A stretch of 60,021 nt of DNA, counting the filler, from Sphacelaria rigidula (Eukaryota): the NCBI GenBank assembly GCA_964200075.2. It is 4 parts of 4 records of this genome, joined end to end, with 100 filler letters (N's around TTAATTAATTAA, not from the genome) between each part and the next. Parts side by side here need not be neighbours in the genome. Positions count along the whole stretch, not along the records: positions 15,037 to 29,969 come from CAXNAA020001985.1; 3 more parts are not named here. One strand, 5' to 3'. A model generated the notes under the pieces. That model was not told where the DNA came from. It saw nothing but the letters and a program-made list of their open reading frames with translations, and did not search any database. Shown here in pieces: positions 14,937-26,539 of this stretch. The position numbers and the translations under genes were made by a program. Position 1 is the first letter of the stretch. The number at the start of each line of letters is the position of its first letter.

Positions 14937-15036
14937 NNNNNNNNNNNNNNNNNNNNNNNNNNNNNNNNNNNNNNNNNNNNTTAATTAATTAANNNNNNNN
15001 NNNNNNNNNNNNNNNNNNNNNNNNNNNNNNNNNNNN
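14937..15036. other. Artificial scaffold-joining linker
   Basis: N44-TTAATTAATTAA-N44 (stops in all six frames), identical to the two other linkers. Confidence 0.97.
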
Positions 15037-15527
15037 GTCGCTCAGAACTGCCCAGAACGCGCAAGGGAGTATGCAGCGGCAGCTGCTGCTGCATTCGGAG
15101 AGGCGTACTGCACTGTTTTGTACTGTTGTATGTATGTGCACCGCAACGCCCATACCCTTCCAAGATATTTTGCCCCTTGCAACAAAGGGGGCAAAATGGC
15201 GGCCCACCCCGACCACAAAGGGCTGTGTGGAAAGGTGATGAGGACAATAATATCATCCAAAGCCACAAGTGGCTGGCGGCCGGCCGGTCGCCGCATCCTG
15301 TTGAAAGTTCTCTATTGTACGGCGACACATGCTACTGCTTACTACATCAGATATTCATTATCTAATGCGCACCCTGCAAATAGATTGGGTGAAACGTCTG
15401 GTCTTCGTCATAACCCTGCCGTTACATACGCGAATTTTCAGCAACATGCCACTGTTTCGTGCAGACGCCAGACACGTCATCCCTGACCAGCCCCATTGGT
15501 CGTTCTGGAGGCCCGGTCCCAAAGGGG
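15037..15527 (+). mobile_element. Partial copy of the piggyBac-like foldback element arm
   Basis: Aligns by eye to about 19790-20274 and ends in the same terminus (...GGAGGCCCGGTCCCAAAGGGG|TTAT). Cut off by the scaffold start. Confidence 0.8.
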
Positions 15528-15543
15528 TTATTTCTTTCAACAG

Positions 15544-15721
15544 CGAGCAATGACTCGAGTGCTCGCCCTATTATTTTTTTCCACAACGAGCAATGACTGA
15601 GTGCTCGCCCTATTATTTTTTCCCACAACGAGCAATGACTAGAGTGCTTGCCCTATTATTTTTTTCTGCAACGAGCAATGACTCGAGTGCTCGCCCTATT
15701 ATTTTTTACGGCCAACGAGCA
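15544..15721. repeat. ~43-bp tandem repeat with internal hairpin (4+ units)
   Basis: CGAGCAATGACTCGAGTGCTCGCCCTATTATTTTTT units at 15544, 15587, 15629 and 15672, with a partial unit at 15716. Confidence 0.9.
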
Positions 15722-18070
15722 GCCGAACGAGTGCGAGTGCCACGAGTCACACTCGTGCTCGTCCGACGTATGAAACTTTTGTCAATGTTATTCCTTTTCA
15801 ATAATGAAGGTGCATGGTGTACGACGTATCACTTGAGAGTGAGCGACGTTTTGACGTACGTCTGAGAAACGCCGATAGGATTTTTTTTCAACACCTATTG
15901 AATTCAAAAATAGAATTTGCAGGACGAGGGGACGACAATATGGAGGCGGTGTTTTAGCGGCTTGTGGGTGAAGAGAATCCGCACCTCGTGTCAGATGACG
16001 CCGAAACTCGGAGAATATGAAGATTGATATTAGAGGAAGGTGCACAGTCACAGCTGCGGCAGGGGAAGTCGCTGATAGCCCGGTCTGCATTGATACGGTG
16101 GATAATCACTGTGCGTGGGACTTTGTTTTTCAATACCCTGCTGTATGATGACTATAGTGGGTACAGTGAGAGTTGACCACGCTGGCTGCAACGGGTCCTG
16201 CCGGCCTCATCATCAATCTTCGCCCAGTTTTGAAAGAACGCTCGAAGAAACCCAACGGGTCCTTGCGGGCGTACCTGGAACTGGGGGCGACATCCCAGTA
16301 CATACAGTCCCACCACTACCGGGACGGCCGTGCAAGCAGGCTGGCAGCCGAAGTGGGCGTTGCACTGGTATTCCTCTAGCGTTATCAACGTAGATTTTAT
16401 CCGCATAGCCTATGCACGTGAGTATTTCGGTGATTGCCTCGCTTCTCGTTTGACATTGTGCTGTTGATTATTTCACGATCTCACCGCCTAATATATGTGG
16501 AAGTGTATTACATCCTGGCGAAGAGCTTTCTACAGTCGGTATACAACTCAAAAGAATGTCTTGTGCACAACGACAGTGTAGAAGCTATTGCCTCCTGCGA
16601 CTTGCGTAGTTTCACTCCAAGACAGTGTAGAAATCTCCACGGTATGGATTGTTTCAGCCGGCTTGCGCGCCATAGCGGTTGTGTTACCATGCAGCTCCGC
16701 TCAAGATACGGGCAGGTATTATAGCGGCAGAGGCGGCCTCTTACTCCTGCGTGCACCATTTAGGAGGGAAAATGCACGCTTAGCTGCAATACCGACCGCT
16801 GTACAAGATGTGGCAGAGCGAGGGGTGATACACCACGTAAACACAGACAGCAAGCAATATCATACATATACTACAAACAAAAGTAATTTGAAATCCGTGC
16901 GTGCGGGGTGGGGCTGGCATGTGGAGAATCCTGCACAACTTCGCCCTGTACTACCGGGACGCCCCCTCTTTTCAGTAGCAGTCGTTGGCGATGTGTGCTG
17001 TGATGGGTCTCGTGCGTGATTGTGCTTTTACACCTCCGCAACCCGCTCGTGAAGCGAGCTCTTGATGCTGAAGGTGCCCACCGCTCTTCCTGTGATGACC
17101 TCCACTCTTGGTCTGAGACAATTGAAACCGCGGAATATGACAGTGACTACTAGAAGGTACATATTCTCCCGCACAAGCCCCTCCATATTATTGAAAAGGA
17201 ATAACTCTGTTATGCCCGTGAATAAAGGCCTTGCCGACCAAAAATCCGTTGCCGACAAAAAATATAATGAATGCGGACGGATATTGAAGACGTATTGAAG
17301 ACGCCATAGACTGGTCGGGCCTGTGCTGAATCTCTGCTGAATATGACACACGCTCCATCCCAAGTTACCTAGGTTTAGTATGAGACAGCTGTAAATTTTT
17401 CATCGCTACTATCTCGAGACAGGAAACAAACCGGCCTCTGGAACTTCACAGCCCCCCGCACACACTGGGCGTGGTGATTTTGACAGGCGGAGTTGCTCAG
17501 TCGCCACGGGGGATCCGAAAAGCCCCAGAACGTTTCAAGAAACGCGTTTTTTAGTGCAGTCTGTGTTTGGTTCAGCGGTTTGCAAAGTGCTGCGTCCTCC
17601 GCAGCACGCGTATGGAAACCTTTTGAAATTCACTACAGCAACTAAACTCCGATGCAGCAAGATTCAACTTCTTCAGTTCTGATGTGTGGGAAGCGTACGC
17701 ATCGAACCGCAATCCAATCCTCTGCATCGTTGCCGAGAAAGCAGCGTTGAAAGATGAGCACAACAACATACTGCGACAAGAAGGACACAGCAACAACACG
17801 AGCAGTAGCTTCTATCCTTCTGTTGTTTCACTCCTGTTTACAGGTGTACAGCAACGTCAGTCGCAGGTGTGTTGTAGAGTGTACTACAGCAATAGTACAT
17901 TTTGTATGAACGCCGTCGTCACTTCAAGTTACGCGTGTATTTGTGATTGATACTGATTGACTCATGTAGGTTTCATGTCTTCCGCATTCAACTGACTGTG
18001 GAGTTGGTCGGTTCATTTTCCCGGCATATAGTGCCCAAAATCGGGCCCCTTTCACGGGCGTAACTGTTGA

Positions 18071-20274
18071 CCCTTTTGCGACCGGGCCTCCAGGACGACC
18101 AATAGGCTGGTCAGGAATGACGTGTCTGGCGTCCACACGAAACAGAGGCGTGTTTGCTGAAAATCCACGCATGTAACTGCAGGGTTATGACGAAGACCGA
18201 AAGTTTTATCTAGTCTATTTTCAGGGGCAGGGTGCGCATTAGGTGGTGTACATCTGNNNNNNNNNNGGAGAGCTTCCAACAGGATGCGGCGACCGACGGG
18301 CCGCCCGCCACTTGTGGCTTTGGATGATACGCTTGTCCCAATCACCTTGCCACACAGCCCTTTGTGGTCGGGGCGGGCCGCCATTTTGCCCCCTTGCATG
18401 CGGCAAATTCTCTTCGGAGGGTATCAGCGTTGCGGCGCGCATACATGCAACAGTATAGTGCAGTACAGTGTAGTACGCCTCTCCGACTGTGGCAGCAGCT
18501 GCCGCTGCATACACCCTTGCACGTTCTGGGCAGTTTTCGGCTACCGAGATCAACTGCCTATATACAGCTTCTTGATCCCCATCCACTACGTACTTGTTCA
18601 CTGCACCCTGCAAGTCATCGCCAGAGGGATAAGCAGAACTCATGACGGTAGATCCTCTTGTCTTTCCACAGCCCACCTGGTTTTACGGCGTGGTGAAAAT
18701 GACCACATTGTAGCATGTACACTCCTTCCCGGCTTTTCCGGTCGACCCTGTTAGTGTAAATTACTACGTTTTAGTAGGGAATTGAAACCCCAAAAACCCA
18801 CCGGAAAAGTCGGGAACGGTATACTAAGTGCAAGTCATATCATATACAGTAACCAAGCTCCGACCGCCCTGCGCTTGGAAACCTGCGAAGGCTTATCTGG
18901 GCCAGGGATAGGGTCCCCGCACGCTCTCTACAGTGGCATCATACTCGCCAACAACCCCTCGGCCTTCACGAGAACGCGGTAGTGGCTCCGACTTTCCGAA
19001 GCTCGCAAGTAGTACTCTTCCTGATTTAACCCTTGTGGGACCGACCCCCCACTAATACAGCGTTGACCTTGTCTTGGTAAAATAATTAAAAACAAGTCTT
19101 CGGGCGACCTGCCCAATCACGGCCAGGCGAAATTTATCGACCAGACCCGAACGACCAGTGCTGGGATTGTTGGCGAGTATGATGTCACTGTAGAGAGCGT
19201 GCGGGGACCCTATCCCTGGCCCAGATAAGCCTTCGCAGATTTCCAAGCGCAGGGCGGTCGGAGCTTGGTTACTGTACATGATATGACTTGTACTTAGTAT
19301 ACCGTTCCCGAGTTTTCCGGTGGGTTTTTTGGGTCTCAATTCCCTACTAAAACGTAGCAATTTACACTAACACACGGTCGACCAGAAAAGCCGGGAAGGA
19401 GTGTACCAAGAGCAGGTCGAGTAGAGTATACTCAATTGCGGGGTATTTTATAAGACGTACTTGGGGTACTCAAGTTAGGGTAGAGTGTTGAAGTTGTACC
19501 CAAAAAATAGCTGGGAAGCGATTCCTGAAATTCTACCCCCAATTTGTGTACTTCAAGTACGACTTTCAAAATACCCTGCAATTGAGTATACTCTACTCGA
19601 CCTACCCTTGGAGTGTACATGCTACAATGTAGTCATTTTCACCATGCCGTAAAACTAGGTGGGCTGTGGAAAGGCAAGAAGATCTACTGTCATGAGTTCT
19701 GTTTATCCCTCTGGCGATGACTTGCAGGGTGCAGTTAATATGTATGTAGTGGGTGGGAATGAAGAAGCGGTATGTAGGCAGTTGATCTCGGTAGCTGAGA
19801 AATGCCCAGAACGTGCAAGGGAGTATGCAGCGGCAGCTGCTGCTTCAGTCGGAGAGGCGTACTACACTGTAGTGTACTATACTATACTGTTGCATGTATG
19901 CGCGCCGCAACACTGATACCGTTCGAAGAGAGTTTGCCGCATGCAAGAAAGGGGGAAATAGCGGCCCACCCCGACCACAAAGGGCTGTGTGGCAAGGTGA
20001 TGAGGACAAAAGTATTATCCAAAGCCACAAGTGGCGGGCGACTCGCCGGTCGCCGCATCCTGTTGGAAGCTTTCTACCGCGACCCACACTGCTTGTTACA
20101 TCAGATGTACACCTGTGCACCTGAAAGTAGACTAGATAAAACTTTCGGTCTTCGTCATAACCCTGCGCTTACATACGCGGATTTTCAGCAACACCCCACC
20201 GTTTCGTCCAGACGCCAGACACGTCATTCCTGACCAGCCTCATTGGTCGTCCTGGAGGCCCGGTCCCAAAAGGG
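18071..20274. mobile_element. Non-autonomous foldback DNA transposon with ~890-bp inverted arms, piggyBac-like termini
   Basis: Left arm 18071-18958 is the diverged reverse complement of right arm 19163-20274. Termini are CCCTTTT...AAAAGGG, flanked on both sides by TTGA (18067-70, 20275-78). No transposase ORF. Confidence 0.8.
19407..19610. mobile_element. hAT-like MITE (204 bp) with 8-bp TSD GAGTGTAC
   Basis: TIRs CAAG(A/G)G(C/T)AGGTCGAGTAGAGTATACTCAATTGC; GAGTGTAC at 19399-19406 and 19611-19618. The homologous site in the left arm (about 18717-18724, minus strand) has a single GAGTGTAC and no insert. Confidence 0.9.
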
Positions 20275-20879
20275 TTGATTTGATACACTATTTCGGTGTG
20301 CGTGGACCAGCGCACCCGCTTCATACAACCGCGGGTATAAGGAAAGGTGCATGAACACACTCTTTTATGCTGTGGATTTTGCTATCGCACCCGGTGCGAC
20401 CACCTGGAGGAGGTGTAAAACCCATGGTAGCTCCGTTATGATAGTGTGCAACAACGCTATCGTAAAGAGGTATGAAAACCGAGGTCGGCGTAAGAGAGGG
20501 TAAGGGCGGTTTACTCATTAAGTTGGTGGGGGGGGAGGGAGATAACCTGGGCTTTAACCGTAGCACTGGGTGCTATCCTACGAAAAGATTAACTGCTCTC
20601 GTCTCGTTACACAGCGTACCTGTTCTTCCTCGCCCCTCGCCCCTCGTATTTCTTTTCGATGCCGCTGCTTGCGGATATCCCAGTGTTGGGTCTACGGGGC
20701 CAAGCAACGCGTCATATCCGTTTTTTTGTGCACGTCTTGCGACAAGGAGTACTCCTTCAACCGTATTCCCGTCCTCTGTGCCCTCTCCCCTTGGTCATTG
20801 GTCAAACGACTAAGGCAAGCAACGAATGAGTATCCCCCCCCTGTCGCCGTCGCCGTCGCCGTCGCCGTATCCGTTACAG

Positions 20880-23249
20880 GAATCATTCTTCTTTCGCTGA
20901 ATGAGTTGTTCAATGGCCTCTCGAACATGTTCGGTCAACAGATGCTGACTTCGGCCTTGAAGTCGCTCACGGACATCAACCGATCGATCGTGAGTGAAAT
21001 CACCTTGTGTGATAGCGTCTCTTGGCCTTGTTTGTGTACCTGGTACGCAGTTGATCTCGTTTAGGGGAGGCCCTCCTTTTCCCTTCATGTATAGCAAGGC
21101 TCACGTGTATATAGCACAGCATTCGCGCTGCAACTGTGGCACATTCGTCTTACCAGGTCCGTTATTCTTAGTGTGCTATATTAGGTATAACTGTTCGTCG
21201 TAGCGCGTCGTTCTGCTTGGAATCGCCAATCGTAACACATCGTGGATTGGTGTAATGTAGTATGGCGGAACCTCCTTCATCGCTCGTATATAGCTGAATT
21301 GCTAACTACTTCGAAGAAGATAACACCGGACCGTCTTGCTAAATGTGATGCCTTTCTTGTTGCTGATAATCTCTTGCGTCGTATTTTCGCGACAGTACGA
21401 CCAGAAGTGCCAGACGGCCAGCATGGTCACGTCAGGAACGGACTGCGAGCGCCTCAAGAAGTCTATCGACGATGCCTATGAGACTGTGCATTTCATCGAG
21501 TCCCATTCCTCCTTGTACTTCTTCATCGGTGAGAACGAACCGCAGCCTCGGGTGCGAGTACCGAGCCTCCTGACGGAGGCCGCGGCATGCGCTGCGATGT
21601 TTTCTGTTTGCTTTCCGTTTTCGCATTTGTTGAACTCGTTGTCAAATGCGTTGTACCCTCATCTTTCTTGCATGGTTTTTACATCCCCGTACAGTTGTTT
21701 TTAAATCCCAACTCAAAGATGTTGGTGTCGGACCCTTGTGAAAATTCGTCGACGAGATTAAAGTAAATTTACTTGCGTGCCACCGTCCCACCCTCTTCCC
21801 ACTTGGGGCGGCTTGTTCTGAAGGCCGTTTGCCTTTACAACTCGAAAGCCATAGCGCCCACCCCGGAGCACTGGTCCGGGGTACCACTGTCCGTGTTATC
21901 GTTTATTAAACTTCCATCCACTCGCGAAGTATTCTCTATTCGACTAAACAAAGAGTGTGTTGCCCTTGTTGCCCCTCGCGCCCTCTCCTCTCCTTCTCCG
22001 TTGATGCCGTACAGGCGCTGTGTGTTTCTTCTTCGGCGCCATGGGCCTTATGGCGGCGTGCAAGGGGAAGACTTTGTATGCAAAGGTGTTCATGTTCGGG
22101 TACCCGTTCCTCATTGTCGCAGGATTCTACCTCGAGTACCTTCTCGCCACGAACACCGCTACCGAGTCTCACCCGATGTTTTCCTTCTGGACCGTGCTCG
22201 TGAGAGTGTACTACTTGAAGGTGAGTTCGCATACGCCTTCCTTCCCACCCTTTTTATGATACTCGTATTGACCCATGTTCATGTATATATTTTTTATGTT
22301 GTAAAACGGAGTCTTTTGTTCGAGAGCGACGTCTGTACTAGATGTTTGTCGTTACTGTTTTGGTCATAATGTAAGTACTCCTTCCAACGTCAGTTTTGCG
22401 TGGGATCATTCTTTTCCGTACGCATGTTGATCTGCTTTTCCCTAGTTTGACGCGGTCAAGGCTTGTCACGACTTGGAGGACTTGGGAGTGTGAGGTTTTT
22501 TCTTATACTTGTTTATCACAGTGCTTTTTTTTTTTCCTTGTCGCGCGTTGAACCCCTCTTCTCCCTCGAGATGCGGCCGTATTTTTTAGACATTAACCCA
22601 TTTCTTCCCCAGTACATGCCTGGCACTGTGGTACCGCGGATTGGAAAAGCACTCCCGCGCCGCGTCGGCTGTCGTCATTTGTTTTTGCTGCTCACGTCCT
22701 CATGTTTTCTACGGCGGGAAGCAGATTTTCGCTTTCCGCCGATTCTGCCACAAAAAATGCCGGTTGTGTTGGGATTCGAACCCGTGAGCTTCGTCCTCAC
22801 TGACTACTCGTGGTGTATCGTTTAAATTGAGACCATCGGGGCACTTTTTTGTTGTGCAGAAGAACTTGCTATAGTTGTTGCTCATAGTTGAATACTTCGC
22901 ACGGCATATATGTTTGATTTGTTTACCCTACTTTCCTCGTTTCCTCGCAAGCGGTTTGCGTTGTACACCGCTAATGTGCGTGTGTGTTTGCTTTCCAGCG
23001 CTGTCAACGGTAAATATCGACTGACAGAGCTTGCGTGGTACGCCTTATGCGGGCCGTGGATAGTTTGTCATTAGAGGCGATCTAGTATCTCTTCTGTTTA
23101 TTTCGCGTGTATTGCGTTCGCTCTGCCTGAAAAAACAGGTTGCGTGGAGCTTTTATCACCGACTCAAAATGTTCGATCGCCGTGCGGCCGAGGAGCAACA
23201 CCAGATGGGGGCCAGTGTTCAGCAGCCCGTCGCGAGCCGAATTGTCTGA
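20880..23249 (+). CDS. Small multi-pass membrane protein of unknown function (first exon uncertain)
   Basis: Phase-consistent exons 20880-20989, 21396-21528, 22015-22220 and 23139-23249 (TGA) give GIILLSLNELFNG...YDQKCQTASMVTSGTDCERL...LYFFIGAVCFFFGAMGLMAACK...VFMFGYPFLIVAGFYLEYLL...FSFWTVLVRVYYLKVAWSFYHRL. Candidate first exon is 20472-20499 (phase-1 GTAAGG donor). Confidence 0.8.
22760..22845 (-). mobile_element. tRNA-derived SINE-like head (degenerate)
   Basis: Minus strand reads GCCCCGATGGTCTCAA...GGGTTCGAATCCC (A/B-box-like). The start matches the SINE head near 53635. Confidence 0.45.
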
Positions 23250-23500
23250 CTACTCCACCTGAGCGTGCTCGCTACGGCACATTGTGAAACACCGCGTCAC
23301 CGTACATATACGTTGTGCTCGTCTCGTCTGTTGTTGCCTTAGATTGTGTTGGTTACGGCAACGCGCGGTTTCAGAACGTGCTTCCTTTGCAGTTTTCGAG
23401 TAAAATAAAATGCCTTGAAGGCGGCAGCAGCCGGGATTAGATGAATGCCCACTCCTGCCGTCTTGTGAAATAGCCTTGCACTTTTTTCGGTGTCCATCAG

Positions 23501-26500
23501 TCAGACGGTTAGCTTCCCCGCAAATCGAGATGGGAAGTACCGTCCATTGACGGTGCATGCACCCCCATCGCAGTATCCGTCTCGTAGAGTTGTGCCCGGG
23601 TCGACGAAGCGACAGCTACCTCCTCGACACTGCGGTTCGCGGCATGAAAAGAAGTCGCAGTTTCCACCTTTTTTTAGTAGTGAGAAGAAAGTTGAAGTTA
23701 GCGCGCGATATACACATGGACATTGAAGCGTGCCGTTTGACAACAGCGTTGGTGGTTTGTTATTCAGTTCTGATTCTGTTTTTGTTCCCAAGCAGTGTGA
23801 ACAGTACTCGTGAGCGACGAGTACGGTCTATCTAACGCAGTACAGGCAGTGGGTGTGTAGATTACAGCTTCTCAGTAGGTGTAGGGTGTACGGAACGTGT
23901 AGGAACGCGACGTGAACTTTGAGTTGGGGGGCCTCGCAGAGGTAGTAGAGGTGGTAACCACAGTACCATGACTTTCTGATCGCGTTTGCGCCCCCCCCTT
24001 CGTCTCGTTGCCAGCTTAGAAAAAGCGTTGCATTATGTGTGCAAATACAAATGCGTTCATGTGCTAAAAAGAACACTCTCGACGGCGTTATCTCGGCGGT
24101 GGTGAAGGCTAAGGCGCTTCCACCAGTTCCACAGTGTTTCCTCAACGTCCACATACACGAACCATCTCGCAGGGTAAGTGTTGGGTTGGGGTTTCCTCGC
24201 TCCTTTGAGGATTAAAAGAGAAGATGTGGTCGACTCTCTAACAACCCCCAAAGGGGTGATACACGAACGTGTACTCGTAGTAGAAATTCCATCTGTCTTT
24301 CACCTTCGCACAAGGGTCTCCTGCATCTGTCGAATGAGCACGCGCCCCCTGGGCATGACGGGCCTTCAGCACAGCCGCTGTATGCGCATCCCCCACCCTG
24401 AGACGACGTAACATTTATATGACACAAAGTGGTGGTGCGCTAACCTGCAGAAGGTACTGCCTGCGACGGTATTGAGCACAAATGCGACTGTTATCATTCC
24501 GTCTGTCGACGATATTCATCCCCTTGCTCCATACTGTTCCACTCTCCTGTGAAGTTTAGAAACAAGTGTAGCTTGACTCTTTCTTGGGATATCCGTGACG
24601 CCGGGAGAAATATGGAAATTAGGGCAGTAGCTGGTTTGCACCCTGGGTGACTAACTGCCTGTAGGGCTGGTTGCTGGGTGTTCACTACTCGGAGGGAGGC
24701 GCACGCCCAAGTATGTACAGTAGTCAGCGTCAGAAGTATGCAGAATCCGTAATTTCTCAGTTTCTCAAAGATTGTCCAAATTTGTTTTGCTGGCCATCAC
24801 TCATAACAGTGATTGTTGGATGCCAAAAAATGGACGTCCGAAGATATTTTATACCTCTTGACAAATAGTGAAAAAATAAACTATCTGCGATCGACAATGA
24901 GTGACTTACGGGCTTGACCGATCTACGGGGGTCCTGCGAAAATATGACCCCAGGCTCTAGCCTCTCGGTATTTTCGGTGGACCGACTCGATCCGGATTAT
25001 ATAAACGAAGACTTAAAAATGTTTTTTCCCGAAATTCCATCTAGTCACTGCGCTAAAGCAGAAAAACTGTGTTTCTTGGACTATTTACGGTCAAAAACAC
25101 CCTCTTGGTAAACGGGGTCTTTACCCGGTATCGCCCCCCCAACACCAACTTGGGGCAATTGTGATTCCAGCACGGTTTGCCTTTTTTGCCAAAACTATCG
25201 ACGCTAGCACTTTCGAGTGCTCATGGAAAATGTTATGCGAACACCCCCCGAAAATAAGCCATTGGCAGAAAATACTAGACTGAGGTCTGTGCAGTGTAGA
25301 AGGCAAACACGGTCTGGATCGTTATCGTGAAGAGTTTTGTACGTATAATATATCTGAATATTTTCCGTTTCGTCGATGAAGAGCGGGAAAACTGCTTATA
25401 TTGGACCAAAAACGGTCAATAATACCCTCCTGATAAACGGAGTATCAAGTCCGTATCGACCCAAAAATACCAACGTGAGCACTGCAGTTTGAGCGCGGCC
25501 TACGCTTTCTCCCTAAATCTACCGGCGCTAGCACTTTCAAGTAGTAGTAGTGAAGAACGGCACCCCAGAAAAACTCAGAAGAAAAGACAAAGACGAATTC
25601 TGAAAACTTCTGAAGCTGACTACTGTATACGCCAAGAGCCCTTCACGAGTTCTTCGAGCACTGCAAGAAGTGTAGCTTGACTCTTTCTTCGGATATCCGT
25701 GACGCCGGGAGAAATATGGAAATTAGAGTAGTAGCTGGTTGCACCTTGGGTGACTGTTGTAGGGCTGGTTTCTAGGTGTTCACTACTCGGAGGGAGGCGC
25801 ACATCCAAGTATGTATATGCTAAGAGCCCTTCACGAGTCCTTCGAGCTCTGCCCACAGCAGAAGAATGAATAAAATATCAACTGCAGAAGTGCTGATGAA
25901 ATAAATGCTCGATACCGCAGAGCAGGGCAAATGGAGGTAGGTTGATCCGTTGAGGCTACGGGATTGATGGCTACGGAATTGATGCATCCCGAGGAAAGTG
26001 TGTGGTGGTGAGGAGGGGCGGGGGCGGGGGGGGGCGGGGGGGGGAGGCGTAAGAGTGCGAGGGATGGAACAAAAATGAGCACACCGGTGCGACACGTATG
26101 CCTTGGGGAGCATCACTGTACAGTAGTGGATCCGCGATAAGCCATCATCCTCACCACCTACGCTATCCGCCCACAACTGGCACAGGCACAATCCTACTTG
26201 GTCCGCGGTCGACACAACATAGTATATGAAAAACCCATCAAGTTGAGGGATGGGGCACCAACAGTGAACACTGCTTGCGAGCACTGCTATCACGTACGTT
26301 CTCATGAATTTTGAATGCCAACTTCACACCAACCCATTGTTTCATCTCACAGCATCTCATCACGCTCGTCAACACATGATATACGAGTACACATGTACCT
26401 CGCAAATGAAGTCGCAGGCCACAGGCCTTGGCGTACGAACAGCGCGACCGGCCGTCGCTGGCCGCGTCGACCCCAGCACGACGAAGGAAGCAAGGATCGT

Positions 26501-26539
26501 CACGATAAGTGAGGCGTTATAGGTATTCCACGTCAACAT
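23501..26539 (-). CDS. Small putatively secreted cysteine-rich CxGGxC-repeat protein (133 aa)
   Basis: Three phase-consistent exons 26399-26539 (ATG), 24304-24397 and 23501-23667 (TGA) give MLTWNTYNASLIVTILASFVVLGSTRPATAGRAVRTPRPVACDFICEGGGCAYSGCAEGPSCPGGACSFDRCRRPLCEGGNCDFFSCREPQCRGGSCRFVDPGTTLRDGYCDGGACTVNGRYFPSRFAGKLTV. Hydrophobic N-terminus, 14 Cys, and both splice junctions complete a CEGG motif. Confidence 0.85.
24564..25850. repeat. ~150-bp direct repeats (24564-24718, 25668-25815) bracketing a dispersed repeat (about 24895-25560)
   Basis: AAGTGTAGCTTGACTCTTTC...CCAAGTATGTA occurs twice. The inner segment matches 49345-49715 in reverse and has an internal ~325-bp duplication. Confidence 0.75.

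Noticed and set aside
15544-15721. CRISPR-like array of palindromic repeats
   Set aside because: The linkers are near-identical T-rich sequence rather than unique spacers, there are no cas genes and the context is eukaryotic. The same applies to 58010-59275.
16150-17363. Possible transposase or recombinase relic, or minus-strand exons (WWDC...FERSF, VHKT)
   Set aside because: The motif resemblance is weak and broken by stops, and no phase-consistent exon chain could be built.
17684-17842. First exon of the membrane-protein gene (phase-1 donor after ...SLLFT)
   Set aside because: No in-frame ATG and a weak donor, so it cannot be preferred over the candidate at 20472-20499.
18239-20233. Paralogous ORFs in the foldback arms (MGCGK..., HPDHKGLCGKV)
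   Set aside because: Frames and stops differ among the three copies, so they simply reflect repeated non-coding DNA.
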